A stretch of 56,450 nucleotides of DNA from Armatimonadia bacterium (GTDB lineage: Bacteria > Armatimonadota > Zipacnadia > Zipacnadales > UBA11051), in assembly GCA_039683575.1 (NCBI GenBank), contig JBDKRC010000223.1, positions 1 through 56,450 of the forward strand, given 5' to 3'. Shown here piece after piece: positions 38,947 through 47,514 of this stretch. Numbering within the stretch: the stretch's first letter is position 1; each line of letters begins with the position of its first letter. A model generated the notes under the pieces. The model did no database searches. It was given only the letters and a program-made list of their open reading frames with translations, and was not told where the DNA came from. A program made the position numbers and the translations under genes.

Positions 38947-39543
38947 TCAGAATCTGACGCTCCACAGTGGCAGGCCCTTGCCTCTGGCTGCTACGGCATT
39001 GTGCTCGGCAGCGGCACTAGGGACGAGGTCATCATCCTTATGCCCGATGATTCTGATCTTACCTTCCCCCGCCAGATGCCCAATCCACGTGCCTAGAGCC
39101 GCTCCCCCCAGCACCTGTGCCGAAGTGTGCATCTTCAGATCATGGCGAGCCCAGCCAGATACAGCAGCCAGGGAGTAGGCGAGGTACTTGGCGTTATCTT
39201 CCCGCTCGCTCAGAGCCGCAGCGACCGTGAACGCCAGAGAAGCGTGGCCGCTAGGGAAGGCGTGCCGCTGTCGCTGATTGTATGGGTGGGGGCGGGGGGA
39301 TACCGTTACTCTCTTGATCACCTCGGTTGCCACCGAGGTGATGATGATGGCGTCGGTCATCCGGCGCCCGGTCTCGCGCTTCTCACCGTCATCTGACAAG
39401 AGTCGAGCGGCGGTAATACCCAGCGCTTCCGGGTAAGTCAACTCGTCGACAATCTTGGCAGGCTGCCTCTCGGCCGGGTCTTCAGCCCAGACGGCCTGAA
39501 CCAAAGCCACCGCCGCGATGAGAAGGACGGTACCCCACTTCAT
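38947..39543 (-). CDS. PAP2-family phosphatase
   Basis: KxxxxxxRP, FPSGH, WARxxxxxH motifs; signal peptide. Confidence 0.85.
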   Translation of the reverse strand: MKWGTVLLIAAVALVQAVWAEDPAERQPAKIVDELTYPEALGITAARLLSDDGEKRETGRRMTDAIIITSVATEVIKRVTVSPRPHPYNQRQRHAFPSGHASLAFTVAAALSEREDNAKYLAYSLAAVSGWARHDLKMHTSAQVLGGAALGTWIGHLAGEGKIRIIGHKDDDLVPSAAAEHNAVAARGKGLPLWSVRF

Positions 39544-40364
39544 TCGCCACGCTTCTCCTTGGCCAGCATCCCGGCGATCTTCTCACGGGCTTCATCAATC
39601 AGAATCTGTATGTCTTCGGTGCGATAGGTCCGTTGGTCGAAGCTGCGGCTCTCGACGGTCTTCAGGAAGCCCTCGAAGTCGCTGAAGTACGAGCCGTAGA
39701 TATGGAAGCTGTCCACTACATGGTTGTACTGCCCCACCTTGATCTCCCGTCCCAGACGCTCGGTGAGCCGCTCGGCGACCGTGCGCTGCAGGTCCGTGAA
39801 GGCGTACATGTTCATGAAACAGGCTTTGTAGGCGTCATTGCTGCGCATGTGGGCGGCAAGCAGCAGGTGATCGTTGTAGATGCGGAACCACAGCCGCTGT
39901 AAGCAGGCGGCATGTTCGCACTGCGGATCGGTCCAGGGCTTCCACAGCACGCACTGGGCGCGCCGGGTGTGCGGAGCCTCGGAGAGCGCGTCCACAACGT
40001 AGTCAAGCTGGTTGACGGCGCCTTCGAGACCCGGGACGGTGTAGGCCGCAATGCGCTCGTGATAGGAATACTGCCACTTTCCCTCCTCGGGAGCGATCCA
40101 GTGGTCGTGGACGCCGTCCACGACCTCCTGGCGGTAGATCTCGAGGTCATAGAAGCCGCCGGGCATGGCCCGGTGGATGCGCGGCTCGGCGAAGGGATCG
40201 GCCACCGCCAGGAATAGCGATACGTCGCGGCTGGGCGGGTCGCCCGGCTTGTCATACTGCGTGGGGATCTGCGTCCCGCAGTTCCAGCACTCCACAACGG
40301 CTTTCTCCCAGCCCTCGGGAAGGTTTTCGGCTACGATATGGACAACTGGTAGATCGAGTTGCAT
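39540..40364 (-). CDS. thyA: thymidylate synthase (ThyA fold, divergent)
   Basis: TRRA, ACLQ, MRSND, MN, SFHIY motifs; RBS aggag before ATG 40364. Confidence 0.78.
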   Translation of the reverse strand: MQLDLPVVHIVAENLPEGWEKAVVECWNCGTQIPTQYDKPGDPPSRDVSLFLAVADPFAEPRIHRAMPGGFYDLEIYRQEVVDGVHDHWIAPEEGKWQYSYHERIAAYTVPGLEGAVNQLDYVVDALSEAPHTRRAQCVLWKPWTDPQCEHAACLQRLWFRIYNDHLLLAAHMRSNDAYKACFMNMYAFTDLQRTVAERLTERLGREIKVGQYNHVVDSFHIYGSYFSDFEGFLKTVESRSFDQRTYRTEDIQILIDEAREKIAGMLAKEKRGE

Positions 40365-40498
40365 TGGTTGGGCTCCTATCGGCAGGGAATGGTGCGGAGC
40401 GAACGGGTGTGTGACAGCCTGCTTGCGATGCATTGGCAGTGGTGGACAGAGTTCGATGCCATGTTAGACGACACCTTCATACTGGGAAGAGGTTGCCG

Positions 40499-41545
40499 AT
40501 GACATCGGAGATGCTGCGCCGTCAGGAACTGTGGCTCCGCTGCGCGTTCGTGATCATCATGCTGGGCACCGCGTATCTAGTGGTGCAGGGAGCGGACCTC
40601 TACGCCCTGCAGGCCTTTGCGGCCGCCCCGGGGCCCGCGGCCGTACCGGCGGGGGTGGGTGCCGAGCCGGTGGCCTATGTACCGGTGGCGAACGATACCC
40701 AGACGCAACTGTACGCAGGCGGGGCGCCGCCGGCTGATGCCAGGATCGCCGAAGTCGGCGATGGGGGCGACCTCGGCCATCGCGCCGCCAGAATGCTGGC
40801 GAGCAAGCGGCCATACTTGTTTGCCCAGGCCAAGGGCGACGTGGCCTACGTGGCGCTTGGGCCGACGCTGGACTATCTGGGCGGCGAACTGAAGTGGACC
40901 GAGGGGGCTCCCCAGGCTACGGTTATTCTCCCTGACGCGTTGATTACCTTCACTCCGGGACAGACGAGTGCGCTTCGGAACTATCGCCAGATCACACTGC
41001 CGGCGCCGCCGCTGGCAGAATACGGCCAGATTCGCCTGCCGGTCAAGACGCTGGAGGACCTGTGTGGTCTCAAGGTGGAGCCCGGGGAGCAGGAGAACAT
41101 CTTCAAGCTCTCGCGCGGCGAGCGGGGGCTGCATGTCATCGTGCGAGAGCGTATGTACAACATGGAGGTCAGCCGCTCGGGGCGCTGGCTGCAGGTTTTC
41201 TTTCTTGGCCAACCAATCAAGCGCTACCCGCTATGCGTGGGGCGAGGCAACAACACCCCCGTCGGGAGCTTCCACATCCAGAACAAGGCGGTCTGGCCAC
41301 CCTGGAACGCCTATTGGGGCGAATACATGCCCGGCGGCAGCGCCCGCAACCCCCTCGGTGCCCGCTGGCTCGGTACCAGCGCCCGCGGCCACGAAGAGGG
41401 CCGCGCGATAGGCATCCATGGCACCAACCAGCCCTCCTCCATCGGCAAACGCATCAGCGGTGGCTGCATGCGGACGTATAATGACAATGCGATCGAGCTA
41501 TTCAACAACATTCCGGTGGGCACGCCGGTGACGATCCACGAGTGA
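40499..41545 (+). CDS. L,D-transpeptidase with a copper-amine-oxidase-N-like (stalk) domain
   Basis: TPVG, NPLGARWL, IGIHGTN...SGGCMR (YkuD motif); N-terminal TM. Confidence 0.9.
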   Translation: MTSEMLRRQELWLRCAFVIIMLGTAYLVVQGADLYALQAFAAAPGPAAVPAGVGAEPVAYVPVANDTQTQLYAGGAPPADARIAEVGDGGDLGHRAARMLASKRPYLFAQAKGDVAYVALGPTLDYLGGELKWTEGAPQATVILPDALITFTPGQTSALRNYRQITLPAPPLAEYGQIRLPVKTLEDLCGLKVEPGEQENIFKLSRGERGLHVIVRERMYNMEVSRSGRWLQVFFLGQPIKRYPLCVGRGNNTPVGSFHIQNKAVWPPWNAYWGEYMPGGSARNPLGARWLGTSARGHEEGRAIGIHGTNQPSSIGKRISGGCMRTYNDNAIELFNNIPVGTPVTIHE

Positions 41546-41567
41546 CCCGTCACGAAGAGCCTCCGGA

Positions 41568-41593
41568 GATGCTTCACTTCGTTCAGCATGACA
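41568..41593. repeat. GTCAT-type REP-like palindrome, single arm
   Basis: gatgcttcacttcgttcagcatgac matches 50302-50326 at 21/25 positions. Confidence 0.7.
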
Positions 41594-41604
41594 AGCGTAA
41601 CGGA

Positions 41605-41657
41605 CAGGAATCAGGGCTCAGGGATCAGAGTAAGGCAGGCAGAAACGGCTAAACGGC
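41605..41657. repeat. heptamer tandem array, left arm of the inverted bracket around acpS
   Basis: caggaat cagggct cagggat cagagta ... aaacggc. Confidence 0.65.
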
Positions 41658-42035
41658 ATGATAATTGGCATTGGCACTGACATTTGCAGGATCGAGCGTA
41701 TCGCAGAGCTTCGGCGGAAGTATGGGCCGAGGTTCCTTGACCGTGTCTTCACTGAAGTGGAACAATACTATTGCGAGGGACCCTCAGCCGATGAGCGCTA
41801 CGCCGCGCGCTTTGCGGCTAAGGAAGCCGTCATGAAGGCCCTGGGCACCGGATGGCGCAAGGGCATCATCTTCAAGGACATTGAACTCCCGGTGCGCGAG
41901 ATGGGCCCACCCCAGCTTGTCCTGCACGGGGAATCGAAGCGCTACGCCGCTTCCCTCGGCGTCACCAGAATGCACGTCAGCCTGACCCACGAACGCGAAC
42001 ACGCGATGGCCTTCGTGATTCTCGAAGGCGAGTAG
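41658..42035 (+). CDS. acpS: holo-ACP synthase
   Basis: GIGTDI, RFAAKEAVMKALGTG, HVSLTH. Confidence 0.96.
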   Translation: MIIGIGTDICRIERIAELRRKYGPRFLDRVFTEVEQYYCEGPSADERYAARFAAKEAVMKALGTGWRKGIIFKDIELPVREMGPPQLVLHGESKRYAASLGVTRMHVSLTHEREHAMAFVILEGE

Positions 42036-42040
42036 ACCTT

Positions 42041-42084
42041 TGCCGTTGCCGTTTCCAAACCTGACCCCTGAAACCTGATCCCTG
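42041..42084. repeat. heptamer tandem array, right arm of the inverted bracket around acpS
   Basis: gccgtt ... aaacctg acccctg aaacctg atccctg. Confidence 0.65.
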
Positions 42085-42088
42085 CCCT

Positions 42089-43168
42089 ATGCGCCTTCTC
42101 GACCGCTACCTGCTATCAGAACTCTTCATACCCTACATGATCGGGCTATTCACCTTTGCCATCATCATGTTGGGCGATGTTGCGCGCCAGCTTGGCGCGA
42201 TCCTGATGGGCAGCAGCGTCCCGCCCCAACTGATTGTCCGCTACCTCGCCTACCATGCCCCACACGCCCTCTCATGGTCCATGCCGGTAGGCACTGTGGT
42301 TGGCATCGCCATGGCGGTCACGCTGCTGGCCAACCATGGGGAGATCACGGCCATCAGAGCCGGAGGCGCAAGCTTCGCCAGGCTCTGCCGAGGGATCGTC
42401 CTGATTGGCATCCTCGGGAGCGTGGCCTCCTTTGCCCTCGGCGAATGGGTGGCCCCGCCAGCCTCGAAGAAAGCCCGCGAGACCTTCGCGCAGATCGGCT
42501 TCGCTCAACCAATTGTCGAGGAGCAGTCCAACGTCTTCTTCCGCGATGCCACAGAGAACCGGCTGTTCTATGTCGGGCACATGAACACCAAGACGAACGA
42601 ACTAGAGGGCATCACAATCTGGCAGCATGACGAGCAGGGGCGTGTGAGGGGCATCACAACGGCGAAGTGGGCGGAGGTGCGGGGCAGCCTGTGGTACCTG
42701 CGCGAAGGGGCCTCGGTGACGCTGGACGACCGTGGGGAGCAGCAGGGCCCTGTGGAGCGCTTCCGCGAGCAGGAGATCAAGCTCTGGGCGGCGCTGCAGG
42801 ACTACTACGTCAATCGCACGACGCCTTTCGAGATGAGCGCGGGCGAACTCGGCGACATGATCTCCACCATCGGCCCGGCTGGCAAGGACACCCAGAAGCT
42901 GGAGGTCCAGTACCACTTCAAGTACTCGATCCCGCTGGCCTGCCTGGTATTCGCGCTCATCACCGGCCCGATAGCCTTCCGCTTCGCGCGCTACGGCAGC
43001 TTCGTGGGCGTGGTCGTCGCGATTGTGATAGTGTTTCTATATAACGGGGTGCGGTCGTGGACGCTGGCCTTCGGGCTGGCAGGGACGCTGGACCCTGTGC
43101 TGGCGGGTTGGATACCGGACGTGGTGTTCGGGGCGCTGGGGGTTGGGCTATTACTGAAGACGAGGTGA
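42089..43168 (+). CDS. LptF/LptG family permease
   Basis: LDRYL, GEITAIRAGG, six TM helices around a periplasmic domain, AGWIPD. Confidence 0.9.
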   Translation: MRLLDRYLLSELFIPYMIGLFTFAIIMLGDVARQLGAILMGSSVPPQLIVRYLAYHAPHALSWSMPVGTVVGIAMAVTLLANHGEITAIRAGGASFARLCRGIVLIGILGSVASFALGEWVAPPASKKARETFAQIGFAQPIVEEQSNVFFRDATENRLFYVGHMNTKTNELEGITIWQHDEQGRVRGITTAKWAEVRGSLWYLREGASVTLDDRGEQQGPVERFREQEIKLWAALQDYYVNRTTPFEMSAGELGDMISTIGPAGKDTQKLEVQYHFKYSIPLACLVFALITGPIAFRFARYGSFVGVVVAIVIVFLYNGVRSWTLAFGLAGTLDPVLAGWIPDVVFGALGVGLLLKTR

Positions 43169-44125
43169 CGGGGTCCCCCGGTCCCACTGCCGCAGGCCTT
43201 CATTCAGCGTGGGGAACTGGAGCGTGGGTAGCAGGTCCTCCCGGAAGCGCGATGTGTCGGCGCTGTAGGACGCCGACCCAATGCGGATGAAATCGCGGTG
43301 CAGCGGCGCGGGCGTCCGGAACACCGTGGCGAAGACCTCCACGCCAAGCGCCGCAAGGTAGAACAGCGGCAAGGGCAGCCGCCAGGCTCGCGGCAGGTCC
43401 CATTTGTCGGCAAGCCGGTCTACGGCCGCCTGCAGGGTCACAGGCTGCTCATCGGCGAGGTTGTAGATGCCACTTGTTTCCCCCTCCACCGCCGCTTGCA
43501 TCCCCGCCAGCGCATCCGGCGCGGCGATTAGGTGCGCCCACGTCGGCCCCGGCCATAGCGGCAGCAACCGCCTGCGCAGCAGCCACCGGGCCGCCTCTAT
43601 CATTAGCACCCCGGGCCCATAGACCATCCCCACGCGCAGGACCACCGACGTTGTCGCCGTCCCTTCGCACCGCGCCAGCAGGTACCGCTCCTCCTCGAGC
43701 CGGGTACGGGCATGAACCGAGCGTGGCTCGCCGTCCAGCCGGCACGTCGCCGGCTGCTCCGGCGTCGTCTCGCCCTCCACGTGCGGGAAGCTCACCAGCA
43801 CCAGGCGCCCGACCCCCTCGGCCAGCGCCACCTCCACGAGGTTGCGAAAGTACTCGAAGTTGGTCCGCCACAGGAACCGCTCCGGCCATGGCCTGAACAG
43901 CACCCCTGCGAAGTGGATGACGACCTCAGCCCCGGCGCACGGCTCACGCAGCGTCTCCGGGCGGCCCAGGTCAGCCTGAACCACTGTCACTCCGGGGGCC
44001 TGCGCCAGATCATCCGCAAGCGGCTTGTGATGCACCATGAGCCTGAGCTGGTGCCCGCCGACCAGCCGTCGCGCCAGCATGCCACCGAGATTGCCCGCGG
44101 CCCCCGTAATGAGAATGGTACTCAT
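43151..44125 (-). CDS. NAD-dependent epimerase/dehydratase family protein
   Basis: ILITGAAGNLG, VIHFAG, LRVGMVYGPG; canonical YxxxK replaced by HARTR. Confidence 0.85.
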   Translation of the reverse strand: MSTILITGAAGNLGGMLARRLVGGHQLRLMVHHKPLADDLAQAPGVTVVQADLGRPETLREPCAGAEVVIHFAGVLFRPWPERFLWRTNFEYFRNLVEVALAEGVGRLVLVSFPHVEGETTPEQPATCRLDGEPRSVHARTRLEEERYLLARCEGTATTSVVLRVGMVYGPGVLMIEAARWLLRRRLLPLWPGPTWAHLIAAPDALAGMQAAVEGETSGIYNLADEQPVTLQAAVDRLADKWDLPRAWRLPLPLFYLAALGVEVFATVFRTPAPLHRDFIRIGSASYSADTSRFREDLLPTLQFPTLNEGLRQWDRGTPSPRLQ

Positions 44126-44148
44126 CCCGGCCCCCCCACAAAAGAACA

Positions 44149-44173
44149 AACGCCCGGCGCGAGGCCGGGCGTT
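44149..44173 (-). terminator. terminator after tRNA-Cys
   Basis: aacgcccggc/gccgggcgtt stem followed by a T-rich tail on the minus strand. Confidence 0.7.
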
Positions 44174-44185
44174 GTGGTATACATT

Positions 44186-44261
44186 TGGAGGCGGCAACGG
44201 GAGTTGAACCCGTGAATAACGGTTTTGCAGACCGTCGCCTTAGCCACTTGGCTATGCCGCC
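44186..44261 (-). tRNA. tRNA-Cys(GCA)
   Basis: cloverleaf, anticodon loop CTGCAAA, 3' CCA encoded. Confidence 0.96.
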
Positions 44262-44315
44262 CTATGGGTGCAACCGTGCCGGGCGGGACGCCCGGCCTAT
44301 GCGGGTCAGACCTAC

Positions 44316-44347
44316 AAAAAAGCGAGCCAGGCGACAACCTGGCTCGC
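44316..44347 (-). terminator. terminator after tRNA-Gly(GCC)
   Basis: gcgagccagg/cctggctcgc stem followed by T6 on the minus strand. Confidence 0.8.
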
Positions 44348-44357
44348 CCTTGATTTC

Positions 44358-44433
44358 TGGAGCGGAAGACCGGATTCGAACCGGCGACCTTCTCCTTGGC
44401 AAGGAGGCGCTCTACCAGCTGAGCTACTTCCGC
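44358..44433 (-). tRNA. tRNA-Gly(GCC)
   Basis: anticodon loop TTGCCAA, GTTCGAATC, CCA. Confidence 0.97.
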
Positions 44434-44565
44434 GTATCCATGCGCACTCGGACGTGCGCTTTACTCTCGGGGTCGGCTCCCATTGCGGGCGTCGCCGCCC
44501 GCTTGACGGCGATGATATTACCACATCTCGCCGGAGATTTCAACTATCCGAGAGAGATTTCATAA

Positions 44566-44641
44566 TGGAGCGGGAAACCGGACTCGAACCGGCGACACCC
44601 AGCTTGGGAAGCTGGTGCTCTACCAACTGAGCTATTCCCGC
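44566..44641 (-). tRNA. tRNA-Gly(CCC)
   Basis: anticodon loop TTCCCAA, GTTCGAGTC, CCA. Confidence 0.97.
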
Positions 44642-44690
44642 GTTTCCCGTTTGGGGTGAGGATCCCCTGCAGACCGAACCGGCGAATGAA

Positions 44691-44767
44691 TGGTGGGCGG
44701 TATTGGACTTGAACCAATGAACCTATCGCGTGTGAGGCGATCGCTCTACCAGCTGAGCTAACCGCCC
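44691..44767 (-). tRNA. tRNA-Val(CAC)
   Basis: ATCGC-CTCACAC-GCGAT anticodon arm, CCA. Confidence 0.95.
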
Positions 44768-44793
44768 ATCCTACCGGCAGGGCAAGATTTGTA

Positions 44794-44882
44794 TGGTGCC
44801 GAGGGCGGGACTCGAACCCGCACAACCAATAAAGGTCACTAGCCCCTCAAGCTAGCGTGTCTACCAATTCCACCACCTCGGC
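44794..44882 (-). tRNA. tRNA-Leu(GAG)
   Basis: CTAGC-TTGAGGG-GCTAG anticodon arm, long variable arm, CCA. Confidence 0.96.
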
Positions 44883-44892
44883 AAGGACCGTT

Positions 44893-44921
44893 ATTATATC
44901 GGCTCCGCCCGACTGTGTCAA
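44893..44921 (-). promoter_or_regulatory. consensus sigma70 promoter of the tRNA cluster
   Basis: TTGACA-17 nt-TATAAT, 10 nt upstream of tRNA-Leu. Confidence 0.92.
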
Positions 44922-45039
44922 CGGATTCGGGCACCCAGATTCAGGGGAATTTTCGAGCCATTTTGAACACCTGCGAAGGTCCATTCGTGGGCTGCGTACA
45001 ACTCCCCCAGAGCTGTCCGGTAATCGTCAGGAGGCCCCT

Positions 45040-47100
45040 ATGGATTCGCTCCCCGTGCTCTTGCCCGCCCCCAAGAAGGTCTCATACGGCTCCGGCTCTT
45101 TTGCACTTGCCCTGGACACCATCCCGCGGCCGGGTCCGGGGACCATCCTGGGGTTGCTGCCACCGGGGGCAGTGACGGTGGACGAACAGGCAGACTTCGC
45201 CACGGAGCTCGCCTCCGACCAGCGGGCTGAGGCCTACCATATAGAGATTGGCACAGGGGGCGTGCGCGTGGCCGCTGTGACCGCCGAGGGGCTAATGCGA
45301 GCCGAGGCGACGCTGTGCCAGCTTCTGACACCGGGGTCCTCCGGGGCTGCCCTCCCCTATTGCACCATCACCGACTGGCCCGACTTCCGCCATCGCTGCG
45401 CCTCGGACTGGCTCATCAACGTGGAATGCAACCGCTGGGCGTATGACTGGGGCGACGGCCCCGCGGCGTACCTGCAGCGGATCAAGCGCAAACTGGACTT
45501 CTGCTACGCGCACAAGATCAACCAGGTATGGTTCGACGGCTTTGGCTGGGATGTGAACCGCACTCCGCATTACGCCGGCCTGATGCGCGAATGCAGCCGC
45601 TACGCGCGGGAAAGAGGGATCAGGCTCACCTTCGCGGGCTACGGCGGCGGCTACGGGACCTCATATCAGAAGTCAGAACTCTACCGCTGTGGCTATCAGG
45701 GCCAGGTCTTCTACAACCGCCGCCCATATCCCGAGGGTGAGATCTACTCCTGCTGCGGCTGTGACGTGAGCACGAGCGAGAGCCGTATCTATGGCACCTG
45801 TCCCTCCAATGAGGGCTTGAAGGCCGCCAAACTGGCCGAGATGCGGGAGTTCGTCGGCTCAGTCGAGCCGGGGTACGTGTATATTCATGATGTGGATACG
45901 GGCACGTGGGAGGCCAGCCACAAGAGCTGGCTGCTGCGTTGCGATGAGTGTCGCGACCGCTGGCCGAGTGACGAGATGGCCGACCCGCAGGGGCAGGCGG
46001 GGGCCTTCGCCGGGTGGTTCGGCCAGATATCGGAAGCTCTGCATAGCATCCGTAACGACAAGTACAATGCCGCACACGACCTGACGCTCGTGTTCACTTC
46101 TCCAGTGTACACAACCTGCTACGAGGCCGGCCAGCCAGAGCTCTGGGAGCAGGAGGTCGAGTACTTCCGCGTGCTCAGCAGCCTGCTCAACGCCCACGGG
46201 AGCGTGCAGTTCGGCATTCGGGAGCAGTTCTACCGAGCGAATGGCAGCCGCAAGGTTGAGTACCTGCGACAAACCCTGGACGAAGTGGGCCGCGGCCATG
46301 GCATCCATGTCATCTCCTTCGGCGGCGGAGACAACTACACCAGCAACGACCTCTGCGACGTCTCAGGGGCGTTGGCTAACCTCTTTGCCGGTGCCGGATC
46401 AGTGTGCCTGTCCAATGGCGGCGTACATGAGGAACCCCTGCAGGTGCTGAACGCGGAATTCCTGTGGAATGGCCTCAACCAGCGCTACGGGCTCGATCCG
46501 CTCGACGACACGGCGGCGCGGGAGCTGTGGGGAAAGCTCAGCCTGGGGCAGGTGCGCCCCGCAGCGGTCTTTGCGGAGGGCGGTTATCTCCAACAGGCAT
46601 GCCGGAGGCTATGGGATGAGCCGGTCGCCGACCTCATGTGGCAAGCGTATCGGTGCGGCGGCGAGAGCGGCTGTGGCCCCGTCAGCCGCGTTTGGTGGGC
46701 GATCACGCGAGAGGTGCGGCGGCTGATGGGTGACGCGGTATACGGCGCCTGGGCGGCGGAGAAGCTCGACGAGCGCTGGCGGCTGCGCGCGGAGAATACC
46801 CGGGAGGCACTGGGGTACGCGCAGCAGGCGGCGGCGCTGACCGACGATGAGGACGTTCAGTGGTTCGCGCGGTGCCTGCGAGCGGGGCTGGGGTTCAGTG
46901 AGGTTCTGGCGATGATGTACGCTCAGGAGCCAGCCGAGAAGGTCAGAGACCGGCTGACCGAGCTGGAAACGCACCTCAGAGGTGACTTCAGCTTCGAGCC
47001 CACCGACCTGCTGGGCGGGGACCCGGGCTGCTGGCTGGAGACACTGGAGAGCCTGCGGGAACTGGCAGGCAAGCCAGCTACTGCTGTGGATAAGCCGTAG
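45040..47100 (+). CDS. GH20-domain-2-containing glycoside hydrolase-like protein
   Basis: LLPAPKK...EAYHIEI...GLMRAEATLCQL...ITDWPDFRHR; RBS aggagg; no HxGxDE motif. Confidence 0.7.
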   Translation: MDSLPVLLPAPKKVSYGSGSFALALDTIPRPGPGTILGLLPPGAVTVDEQADFATELASDQRAEAYHIEIGTGGVRVAAVTAEGLMRAEATLCQLLTPGSSGAALPYCTITDWPDFRHRCASDWLINVECNRWAYDWGDGPAAYLQRIKRKLDFCYAHKINQVWFDGFGWDVNRTPHYAGLMRECSRYARERGIRLTFAGYGGGYGTSYQKSELYRCGYQGQVFYNRRPYPEGEIYSCCGCDVSTSESRIYGTCPSNEGLKAAKLAEMREFVGSVEPGYVYIHDVDTGTWEASHKSWLLRCDECRDRWPSDEMADPQGQAGAFAGWFGQISEALHSIRNDKYNAAHDLTLVFTSPVYTTCYEAGQPELWEQEVEYFRVLSSLLNAHGSVQFGIREQFYRANGSRKVEYLRQTLDEVGRGHGIHVISFGGGDNYTSNDLCDVSGALANLFAGAGSVCLSNGGVHEEPLQVLNAEFLWNGLNQRYGLDPLDDTAARELWGKLSLGQVRPAAVFAEGGYLQQACRRLWDEPVADLMWQAYRCGGESGCGPVSRVWWAITREVRRLMGDAVYGAWAAEKLDERWRLRAENTREALGYAQQAAALTDDEDVQWFARCLRAGLGFSEVLAMMYAQEPAEKVRDRLTELETHLRGDFSFEPTDLLGGDPGCWLETLESLRELAGKPATAVDKP

Positions 47101-47106
47101 CGATAT

Positions 47107-47134
47107 GCAGGAAGAAGCAAGCGCACCGGCGAAC
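47107..47134 (+). promoter_or_regulatory. sigmaH-like promoter
   Basis: GCAGGA-N18-GAAC upstream of the 47172 CDS. Confidence 0.5.
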
Positions 47135-47171
47135 GTTCCGGAAGCTTGCAGTTCATCGGTGGAGGGAACTC

Positions 47172-47447
47172 ATGCACAAGCCGCTCATCGTGGTTGTGTT
47201 ACTGGCAACGCTATTCGCGCTAACGGTACTCCCGGTGCTGGCACAGGCCCCCGCGTCCCCGGGCGGCGCCCCGGTACCCCCTGGCAGCGCCCCAGGCGCC
47301 GGTATGGGCGCAGCTACAAGCACCGACACCACTCCGGTCGACCGGACCACCAACAGCATCGTGATCGTGGCGGTAGTCCTGGCCGTCGTAGCCATCGTTG
47401 TGGCGTTGGCAATGCGCAAGAAGACTATCGAACCGCCCGCTGCCTGA
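47172..47447 (+). CDS. small exported, C-terminally anchored protein
   Basis: RBS ggagg; signal peptide (VLA/Q); Pro/Gly/Thr linker; TM helix followed by RKK. Confidence 0.75.
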   Translation: MHKPLIVVVLLATLFALTVLPVLAQAPASPGGAPVPPGSAPGAGMGAATSTDTTPVDRTTNSIVIVAVVLAVVAIVVALAMRKKTIEPPAA

Positions 47448-47467
47448 CTGTCAGATCACAGCAGACC

Positions 47468-47493
47468 AAAGCCTCCGCAGATGCGGAGGCTTT
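47468..47493. terminator. bidirectional terminator
   Basis: aaagcctccgca/tgcggaggcttt. Confidence 0.8.
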
Positions 47494-47514
47494 GTCGTTT
47501 CTGTCAGCGGCAAG

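Noticed and set aside
43151-44261. Genomic island integrated at tRNA-Cys
   Set aside because: No integrase and no duplicated tRNA 3' end seen in the window
44122-44825. Short ORFs across the tRNA cluster
   Set aside because: They overlap five clear tRNA genes
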